NCBI GenBank assembly: GCA_049999805.1
Contig: JBNGIO010005336.1
Location: 1 to 54,729, forward strand
Direction of reading: 5' to 3'
Length of the DNA stretch: 54,729 nt
DNA from: Folioceros fuciformis
Taxonomy: Eukaryota
A program made the translations under genes and the position numbers. Positions 46,138-54,729 of this stretch are shown here, in pieces (within the stretch, counting starts at the first letter, position 1; each line of letters opens with the position of its first letter). The notes under the pieces were generated by a model. That model had not been told where the DNA came from. It saw only the letters and a program-made list of their open reading frames with translations, and did no database searches.

Positions 46138-47442
46138 TTAGTCGATATCCAGGCTGGAGTGGCGGAGGAAGCCAGTGGTGCAGTCATCGTGCACCCGCCA
46201 GATAGTCTCCCCGAGGAGGTTGGCTACAGATAGGACCGTCAATTGTGGAAAATAATTCTCTTCTCTGACGGGTATCGTGTTGGTGATGATCACTTCTTGG
46301 AAAAGGCCTCCCGAAAGCTTCTCGATGGCAGGGGGGCTGAAAACGGCGTGAGTAGCACAAGCATACACTGCCCTGGCGCCTTCCTGGTGCAAAAGGTGCG
46401 CGCCGTTAGAAATCGTGCCAGCAGTGTCGATCATATCATCCACCATAACGGCAACCTTTCCCTTGACATCGCCGATCAGGTTCATCACCTCGGCCACATT
46501 ATGGCCCTGCCTCCTCTTGTCCACAATAGCCAGGGGAGCGTCGGACAGCTTCTTGGCGAACGCCCTAGCCCTCGCAACCCCGCCCACGTCAGGAGACACA
46601 ACCACCAGGTCGTCTGCAGATAGCATCTTGCTCGCCAGATAGTCCAAAATCACAGGCTGGCCATAGACGTGATCGACTGGGATGTCGAAGTACCCGATCG
46701 ACTGACCAGAATGTAAGTCACAGGCAAGCACACGATGAGCACCGGCTTCCGTGATGAGGTTAGCCACAAGCTTAGCCGCAATAGACTCCCGACCTTGAAC
46801 CTTCCGGTCCGCCCTTGCGTATCCGAAGTAGGGAATGACAGCCGTGATCGTTTTGGCAGACGCCCGCCGACAGGCATCGATCATCACCAGAAGCTCCATC
46901 AAATTCTCGTTGGCCGGGGGACAAGTAGGCTGCACCAAGAACACATCACACCCTCGCACGCTCTCCCGCAGCTGCACATAGATCTCCCCGTCCGCAAACC
47001 GCTTGATCAGGATCTCTCCCAAGTCAAGCCCCATGCTGGCCGCAATCTCGTGCGCCAGCTGTTTGTTTGCCGTGCCGGAGAAAATCCTCAACCTGTTCAC
47101 TGGACAGGGCTCCCGCGCGTCCAGCTCGTGCAAGGCTCGGGACCCGAACCCTCCCACGATCGGCACTCCCGCAAGCTTCCCTACAGCCGCCGCAGCAGCA
47201 GCTGCCACAGATGGAGCTGGCCCCGCTCCTGTTCCAGGAGCCGTGCCGGCTGCGGCCGAATTCTGCAAAGCACATCGCGCATCCACACGCCTGTTGCACC
47301 ACCCATTCCTCCCGCCAAGGCGTCCCCATTCGGAGCTCGAATCCTGCCAATCCTTCCCCCGCGCAACCTGCGATGCTTGCAAGCAATGAGCCTCCTGGAA
47401 GCGATGGCCGACGCCTGGACGCAGGGAACACAAGGCCTTCAT
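46138..47442 (-). CDS. PRS: Ribose-phosphate pyrophosphokinase, class I, plastid-type (intronless)
   Basis: Motifs RFADGEIYVQ, YFGYARADRK, DLHSGQ, VVSPDVGGVARA and VDDMIDTAGT, plus an N-terminal transit-like extension. Confidence 0.96.
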   Translation of the reverse strand: MKALCSLRPGVGHRFQEAHCLQASQVARGKDWQDSSSEWGRLGGRNGWCNRRVDARCALQNSAAAGTAPGTGAGPAPSVAAAAAAAVGKLAGVPIVGGFGSRALHELDAREPCPVNRLRIFSGTANKQLAHEIAASMGLDLGEILIKRFADGEIYVQLRESVRGCDVFLVQPTCPPANENLMELLVMIDACRRASAKTITAVIPYFGYARADRKVQGRESIAAKLVANLITEAGAHRVLACDLHSGQSIGYFDIPVDHVYGQPVILDYLASKMLSADDLVVVSPDVGGVARARAFAKKLSDAPLAIVDKRRQGHNVAEVMNLIGDVKGKVAVMVDDMIDTAGTISNGAHLLHQEGARAVYACATHAVFSPPAIEKLSGGLFQEVIITNTIPVREENYFPQLTVLSVANLLGETIWRVHDDCTTGFLRHSSLDID

Positions 47443-47495
47443 CGCCCTACGCTGTAACTGTCCCGGTGAATATTGCTTCCCCTTCGGAAGGTGTT

Positions 47496-47515
47496 AAACC
47501 CTATTGAAACCCTAG
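47496..47515. promoter_or_regulatory. Two telo-box-like motifs in a 123-bp bidirectional promoter
   Basis: AAACCCTA at 47496 and AAACCCTAG at 47507, between the PRS ATG (47442) and the ankyrin gene ATG (47566). Confidence 0.4.
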
Positions 47516-47565
47516 TCGGGCAATGTACGAGAAATAGAGTCTCATCCGAGATCAAAGGCGGTAGG

Positions 47566-49836
47566 ATGGCCTCGTTGATGCCACCCCTCTCGCCTTCGCT
47601 ACGTTCTGCAAGCTGCATCTCGCGGCTGGAAGACGCCTCAAAGGCTACCGTCTCGGGAAGAGGACGGTGTGTCCCCAGTCGATTGACCTGGAGTGGGAGG
47701 GATTTTGCGTGCGGTAGGAATTTGGTTGGCGGAAGGAATTTGGTTGGCGGACGGAATTTGGTGGGCGGTAGGAGGAAGGGTGGGCGACTGAGGGAGCGGC
47801 ATGGAGAGTTTGGGCTGGTTAGAGCCGCACGCCGATCGTCTGCCGACGAAGATGAGGAGGGAGGAGGAGGTGCGGTGGAGGGCCTGCTCGACAGCGACTT
47901 GTTCGAGCAGGTTTTCCAGGCTCCCAGGAAGAGGGTAGCTCCGCTTGTGGGGAAGCCGGGGTGGAGGATTGAGAGGCCTGGCCCGTTGAAGAAGGAGGTG
48001 TTGATTCCCGAGGAATGGAAGCCTGTTCAGGCGGAGCGGCATAAGTCCAGTTCTGTTCGGAAGAAGGAGTACATTGATGCGTTGGTGAAGGCAGCTCAGG
48101 AGAAGCAAGCGAGGAAGAGGGCTTTGCTGAATGATCAAGAGGATGAGGTCACTCACCGGACATTTCTGCCTCAGACTGGGGCTTCCGGAGTTGCATTATC
48201 TGGAGAGGCTAGAGACTACCATGGCGGGCTTGATTTGAGATTTCCAGATCAGGGCAGTGGAGGGGACGTTTCTGACGTGGGGAGTGGAGAAGAGGATTTC
48301 TGGGTTGGCGACGAGGATGATTACGATGATGTTGAAGGCCCGGAGGACAGTAGCTCGGGAGTTGGGGATGTCGCGGGCCCGCGGACCGGCGATGCTGATG
48401 ACGAGGACTGGAGCGATGCTGATAGTGGCACACCAGGCAGGGAAGGTCAGGAGCGGGTGGTGGGCGATGCTAAGGTATTTGTGGCTACCGAAAGAGCTAA
48501 GCCTAGAGACCCGTATGAAGCGTTGGGGAATAGGAGTTTTGCCGATGTTGTGAAGAGGGTGAAGGAGGATGAGGAACTAAAGGTGGAATCCACAGAGGGC
48601 CGTGGCCCAGTTCAAAGACCGGCTGGAAGATTGGAGACAGGGATCGAGCTGGAGGCTGTGAAGGCCTTGTTCAAGAAGCGGCCTCCAAACTTCTTGCGGA
48701 CCGGGTCGGAGGCGTGGAAGCCGCTGCATACCATCGCCTCTTCTTGGGAGAAGAACATGAATTTGCAGCAGCTGTTGAGATATGATATTGATATCAACGA
48801 GCTTGACAAGGATGGCATGACAGCCTTGCATAGGGCTGTGTGCAATGGGCGGAGAACCACAGCGAAGGTCCTCGTGGAAGCGGGTGCGAATGCTGAGGTT
48901 TTAGACAAGGATGGAGCAGGCTTACTACACTATGCTGCAAGAGCAGGTGTGTCTGATGTAGCCAGGGACCTCCTGAAGCTGAGGCTTGATCCCAATGTTC
49001 CCGACAACGATGGGTGGACACCGTTGCATGTGGCTGTGCAATCAGGCCGCAAAGATGTGGTAAAGCGTTTCCTGACTTATGGGGCCCAGTCTGATATGCA
49101 AAACAAAGATGGGTGCACGCCGGTGGACCTGGCTGTATCGTTTGCACTGGCTTTGGACTTCTACGATATTGTGAAACTTTTCCCCCTCTCTGCCGAGCAG
49201 CAGGGGACGCTTAATCAGGTCTCAACACCGGAGGAAAGAGTTTTGTATCAAAATCGCGTGAAAAGTTTTGGCATGACATCTCCCGAGAAATGGATGCTTC
49301 TTCACACTCTGGTTGCTTCTGGTAATCTCTTTCATGCCTGTGAGATTCTAAGGCAAGGTGGGATCGACCTTGGCGCTCTGGATAAAGATGGCCACACAGC
49401 CCTGTGGAAAGCGGTGGTTTATGGGAAGCCTGTGGCAGCCAAACATCTGGTCGAAGCTGGTGCCAATCCCTTCGGGATGGATGCTCGTGGGGCCACCTTA
49501 TTGCATTATGCTGCCCAAAATGGGTTTGTAGACAACATCAAGAAGCTAACGAAGAAGGGAATCTACGTGAACAGCCCAGACGAAGATGGTTGGACTCCTT
49601 TACATGTTGCGGTTCAAGCTGGGCGGAAGGATGTTATTTTGTGCTTGCTGAATCATGGTGCGGATAGGCATTACAGAAACAAGGACGGGAATCGAGTACT
49701 GGACATAGCTGCCTCGTTTGGTAGGCGATTTGGCTACTATCAAGTTGCCAAAGTGATTTCCAAAGCTCAGTATAAGAAAGCAGAAGAAAGGTTCGGAAGA
49801 CTAGAGGCTCAAGCGGCCACGGTACCGACAGAATAA
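47566..49836 (+). CDS. Plastid ankyrin-repeat protein of the AKRP/EMB506 family with two ankyrin modules (intronless)
   Basis: Transit peptide, the AKRP-like motif LIPEEWKPVQAE, an acidic disordered region, then two modules each running WxxLHTxxxS...DGxTAL...GAxLLHYAA...DGWTPLHVAVQ...NKDG. Confidence 0.85.
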   Translation: MASLMPPLSPSLRSASCISRLEDASKATVSGRGRCVPSRLTWSGRDFACGRNLVGGRNLVGGRNLVGGRRKGGRLRERHGEFGLVRAARRSSADEDEEGGGGAVEGLLDSDLFEQVFQAPRKRVAPLVGKPGWRIERPGPLKKEVLIPEEWKPVQAERHKSSSVRKKEYIDALVKAAQEKQARKRALLNDQEDEVTHRTFLPQTGASGVALSGEARDYHGGLDLRFPDQGSGGDVSDVGSGEEDFWVGDEDDYDDVEGPEDSSSGVGDVAGPRTGDADDEDWSDADSGTPGREGQERVVGDAKVFVATERAKPRDPYEALGNRSFADVVKRVKEDEELKVESTEGRGPVQRPAGRLETGIELEAVKALFKKRPPNFLRTGSEAWKPLHTIASSWEKNMNLQQLLRYDIDINELDKDGMTALHRAVCNGRRTTAKVLVEAGANAEVLDKDGAGLLHYAARAGVSDVARDLLKLRLDPNVPDNDGWTPLHVAVQSGRKDVVKRFLTYGAQSDMQNKDGCTPVDLAVSFALALDFYDIVKLFPLSAEQQGTLNQVSTPEERVLYQNRVKSFGMTSPEKWMLLHTLVASGNLFHACEILRQGGIDLGALDKDGHTALWKAVVYGKPVAAKHLVEAGANPFGMDARGATLLHYAAQNGFVDNIKKLTKKGIYVNSPDEDGWTPLHVAVQAGRKDVILCLLNHGADRHYRNKDGNRVLDIAASFGRRFGYYQVAKVISKAQYKKAEERFGRLEAQAATVPTE
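47713..47772 (+). repeat. 18-bp coding tandem repeat (GRNLVG x3) in the transit peptide
   Basis: ggWMggaatttggtKggc occurs three times. Confidence 0.85.
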
Positions 49837-50407
49837 ATCCACGCTGCTGCTCTGCAGAAAATTGTTCACCAATTCCCCACCCCACAACACTCCGCAGAAT
49901 TATGTAGAATCATCCTCTTTAAATGAGAAAGTGGTAGAAAATTCCCACTACATGACATCACGGCGCCAGGCGTTGGAGAGGACCACAATTTGGCAACTTC
50001 GCCACGAGGCTTCTACCTCCTGAGCACACCCGCCATGCCTCATAAGACCTGCTATGCTTCTCCTGGCCGGGTCCTTCTCACCGATGTACCTACTATTCTG
50101 CCCGCTATCAGATCTCGTCACGCAACAACAAAATCTAATACATAAATACTGGGGCAAACCGGGTGAAGCCTCCATATAGGATAGGTTGAAGACGCCAGAC
50201 AGCCGGTAAGCCTTTGACGTCTGTGGAGCATCACAAAAGCCTCTCAACGGATTCCAGGCTCGAAGGAGTGTCTCGTGACCTTTTGTACTCACGGCTGGGA
50301 GGGAGAGCACAGACCACTCTATACTCCGTAAAAAGATGGAATTCACTGAGTGTGATCAGAGCACTTCAGGCTTCTTGAGAGAGAGATGAGGAAGTCAGTT
50401 GCTCACG

Positions 50408-51362
50408 CTATCTCACTGCTAACAGCCAAAAAGACAAGAAGAATGAGATAGTTATCATCCCCCAGCTCAAGAAGGCCATAGCGGCTGCAGCCTCATACTT
50501 TCCACAATAATTTGGACCACACTCTCGCAAATCATTGTCGATGAGCACCGTGATACCAGCAGTAGCACACGCAGCGGCAAAAGTTAATGTTGTCGTTATC
50601 TGCAGGTGCCCCAAGATCAAACAAGTCAGGACATCTGCTGGAATTGAAACCGTACTTGAGGTATTCACCTAATACGGCTTGCAGTGTCTGGGAAAGGTGA
50701 GACCTACTCATGCCACAAAACACACTCCCACAACATGGTTGTTGAAATCTTACCCAGTCGCCCACAACAAACAGGCTGACTAGAAGTGAATTGCGAAGAC
50801 TTCTCTGGATCAGAAGGGCATATGCGTCGATTATTGCCAGCGACAGGCTCCACAGGCATTGTAATATCATGGCAGCCACGAAATAGCTGCAACCACAGAA
50901 GAACAAGTAGGTGCTTGTCAGCACGGAGGTCGGATAAGTGACTAGCTTCCAGTGGCACTTGCTCCGACCCGGGCCGAACACAAGCTATTACATGCTTGGG
51001 CAAACAAAGGATCACTGCTGACGAACTCTCATGCAAGTTTCAGATTGCCATCCAGCCCGTGCTTGGCAACCATGTTCCCTCACAGTAGGGAAATAAGTGT
51101 ACAATATCCGCCAACACGTGTCATTTGGCAAAGAAAGGAAGGCAAACGGAGGTGGGATGTACCAAAAGGCTGTCACACTATAAAAGTCCGGAGTGGTGAC
51201 CATGAGGGTAAAGGCAATAACCGCAAACCCAAATTGACCAAGTCTCAAAGCCAGTCCTCCATTTGTCCCAGCAGCTCCCGGCAGGTCCTTCATCCTTACT
51301 GTGACCGGAGGATGCATCGGAGGAGCACCGACTGGGTGCACTTGGGGGTGTGAGGTATCCAT
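50408..51362 (-). CDS. CASPL5: CASP-like protein, CASPL5 group, 3 exons
   Basis: Exons 51362-51163, 50886-50754 and 50599-50408 read [20 protein letters not shown]...[15 protein letters not shown]...[28 protein letters not shown]...AMAFLSW. Confidence 0.93.
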
Positions 51363-52725
51363 GGCAAAATCACTTTCCCACCTGCTGACTTCAATTCTTC
51401 CTCACAGCAAAAGCTCCCAATATCCACCTTACAAGCGGACCTTAAACACCCTCTCCAACCACATACATCACATTCTCCTGTGTGTGGGCCTGCCAATTCC
51501 TCATCGGAAAACCTGAATTGTGCACAGGTACGCACTCTCAAGTACAAGCCCTCGCAACCCCTAGTTCCCGTGCTCGAATCACCCTAAGCCCTCCGCCTCG
51601 CGCTCCCACCCTTTCTTTCCCCAATTCAATCCTAAATCCAGCGCTCGAAGCCACGCCCCCAATCCTGCATTCAGCTCTGCACCCAGCTCCACACTCAGAT
51701 CACCAATTGTTAAAACTTCCCAACTGCAGCTGAAACTTGCCAATCCCGTCTGCTCCAATTACCACCACAATCGAGACTCCAGCTCACACCGAGCTCAGAT
51801 TCGCCCTCCCGCAGCGCTCCGACTCATGCATCACATATACGGCATCCGATGGCTCGATCTGACGGCGCAGGCGGTAGCACTGACACACAGGAACAAGGCC
51901 GGCGATAGAAGACACGGCACAGGCACTGGTCAGCATGGGCCAGGGCCTGCCTGCCTCACGTCGTTCTAGGCGAGTCCAACCAAACCAGAGCAAATATCAT
52001 TATGCGGAAAATCCACGCTAGGCCAATCACCTGCCTCTTCTGCAATTAGAAAGGACCCAGCCAGCCCTGTGCTTTCCAGTTGCTAATCTTGAGGGCTGCC
52101 TATCTGCCATGTGTCCCTCTTCCACGTTCACGTCTTCCCGTCGGGAAGTTGCGTCTGAGCCCCAATGTCCGAGCTGACAAATGGCAGCAGTGTCGGCTGG
52201 GTTTACGCCTCCGCCGCTGCGAGCTGCGCAGCCTGGGGACTTTAGATCTGCGCACACGACTGGCAAGGCATGCATGCATCGCGCCCTCAGGAACAGACGA
52301 GTAGGCACAGACAGTTGCAGTACGAATTGCCAGTGTGTGTATACTTCAGCTCTGCAACGGCCTGCATTGAGTGGACGCTGAGGAAGGTGAGGCTGTCGAT
52401 GGCCGAATTGATGTGAGATCTGGCACACTGGACGTTGCGATGCAGGTTGATGCAGAAGGGCCTTTACGCACAGCAGTAAATCGGCGCGACAGGGTCAGAC
52501 GCAGTCTGCTGTACCACAGCCAAGGTTGTTGCGAGGGTTTAGGGTTGTTGTCCGACATCAATCAATCGCACCGGGGACGGTGTGTATGGATCTGGATCAA
52601 AGACCGTATGTGAGGGAGAGAGTAACCTGTATGTATTGTGGTTTCTCTACTGAGCCAGGCGGTCCCAAGACAAACACTGTCATGTCACAGCGTAGTACAT
52701 CTGCGTCATTGCTGGTACAGCTTTA

Positions 52726-54729
52726 CTACTGAAGTTCCTTGAGGAAGCGGTCTGTTGCTTGAACAAGTTCGTGTGCGATTCCTCTCTCGTACATGGAGTG
52801 GCCCGCATTAGTTACTACACAGAACATGATCGATGATGAGACAGGGTACGAAGCTGTACACGACAGGAAATGCGGAAGAAAGAGAGGAGACGATACCGAT
52901 ATGTAGCTTTGCCTCGGGCCAGGCCCTGTGCAGGTCGTAAGCGTTCTATCGGAAAAAAAAAAGAGTGGATTGGCAACCGATAAGTGGACAGGATGTGGGG
53001 GACCAGGTGATGGCCATGATTCCATACGTAAGCAAAAGTGAGGAGAGTTACCACAAGGGGGCACACGAAGTCAAAACGCCCTTGGACGACTACAGCAGGT
53101 ATGTGGCGAATTTTATGGATGTTTCGCAGAAGGTGGTTTTCCTCCAAAAAGCCCCTGTTCATCTGCCAGTTATCAGCAATGCCTTGGTCATGATCGGCAA
53201 ATCAGGGATGGCATCCATACACGAAATAGAGATAGTCTTACGAAATAATGGCACTCCAGGCGGGCCTGGGCAACCCGTGGAGACACGGACGCTGGAGTTC
53301 CGTCGGACTTGGAACTCGATGATGATGTCCCAGTTGTCGACGTGGGTGCGGCTGGTGGTGGTGATGCTGCAGAGTTATGCAGCAAAGTCAGGCTCCAGGC
53401 CGCATTCATTGAGGCGCACGTTGTTCCACTTATGAACAAGAATAGGAGCTTGTCACTAGGCCTGATACCTGACGAGACAATTGACGAGCTTCTGCTCTTT
53501 CTCTTCTTCGGTTCAGATGCATCGGCCTACGAAGAGTCGGGTGTCAGGCTGGTACTCGTAGCACTGAAGAGAATATGATTCAACATCACGGCATTACATA
53601 GACCTGCTGCAAATTCGAAAAGGAATACTGACTACCATCCCAAACCATGACGGATGAAGATGGCGAGAATGAACTCAATCCAAATTCCCACCTCAGCCAT
53701 TGTTGAGCCTGTGGATTCAAGACATCAGGGTGAAAGACAGAACAAAACACCACAATCCCAACAGACCGTGGCCACTTGCAACATATCCAGGAACTCTTGC
53801 AAATGACATACAGCTGATTCCTGAACATTCGAGTCGCCTGAAGTCAGGCGCTTGTAAAAGGAGGCGAGAACATTTTCTCGCTCTGATGCTTCAAGCACAG
53901 ATACCAGCTGCTCCCACCCAAAAGGAAAGAGAAAGTTGGCTCCCTGCAAACATAAAAGTGACAACGCACACACAAACAGACACGTAACTCTTCCTTCTAG
54001 CAGCCAGATGCTTCCTTGCCAACCGTGCCCTGTCAAGTTGAGGCATGACCTGTTTGTAAAACCAGTCGATTTCTTGCTGCCTGAGCAAACACACCCCGCG
54101 GAGTATCATAGCGGTCACTGCCGAAGGATATGTCTGAGCATAAGCCAACCCGAGTGTGACACCCCACGATCCCCCCAAAACCAACCACCTGGAGGATGGG
54201 TGATCAATGTGAGGAGAAATGAAAGCAGGCAGAGCCACAGCTCTGCGTCATCCACCTACTCAAGCACCAGGGATGTGATCACCTCTCCACCCCGAAATGC
54301 TCCCTCAATTTCTCAATGTCCTCGATAAGATCCCAAGTCGTATTTTCCTCCAGACAGCCAGATGGTGTGGACTTGCCACACCCCCTCTGGTCGAAGAGGA
54401 AGATCCAGTACTGCTCCGGATTAAAGAAGCATGCATGCGCTCTGGAGCATCCAGCTCCTGGCCCACCATGGAGAACTGGAGAGGGAAGGACAGAAGTACA
54501 GAAGATTCAGTGCTCTACATCCCACGCTCCATACACAGGCAAACCCCCACCTCCAACCAGACTTACATACAGCGGGTTTTCCCTTCGGATTCCCGAACAC
54601 CTCGTAGTAGAGAGTGTGGAGATCGGAGACTCTGAGATAGCCAGAGCTGAGCGACGCCGTCCTAGGGTACAAAGATCTGTAGACCTGCCCTCCTGCGGCG
54701 GTCTCCTGCATTGCGCGACATCACCCTGG
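52726..54729 (-). CDS. PIP: Proline iminopeptidase (peptidase S33), spliced, 5' end beyond or at the window edge
   Basis: Motifs LRVSDLHTLYYEVFGNPKGKP, HGGPGAG, FDQRGCGKS, GGSWG (nucleophile Ser), VQGRFDFVCP (Asp), AGHS (His) and ELVQATDRF. Confidence 0.92.

Overview
Gene-dense nuclear DNA from a non-seed land plant. A hornwort such as Anthoceros is my best guess (inference from ~80-140 nt introns, tight gene spacing, hornwort/fern-style PLS-PPR genes and a ciliary gene). Left to right: an AT-rich pogo-like transposon remnant; a spliced EF-hand + TMEM65-family gene head-to-head with a spliced Chibby-like gene (neither is visible as a single ORF); an intronless receptor-like kinase; LINE debris; then a ~20 kb rearranged cluster. 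The cluster holds three PLS-class E+ PPR genes, PPR relics and three U5 snRNA genes with conserved USE/TATA-like promoters, and it encloses a deoxyhypusine synthase/TMEM69 pair. After it come an 8-Cys LTP-like secreted protein, an AMT2 ammonium transporter, a fungal/proteobacterial-type cysteine synthase, a PRPP synthetase head-to-head with an AKRP/EMB506-like protein carrying a doubled ankyrin module, CASPL5 and a 5'-truncated proline iminopeptidase. All family calls come from motif recognition by eye and no searches were run. Exon boundaries were read manually.
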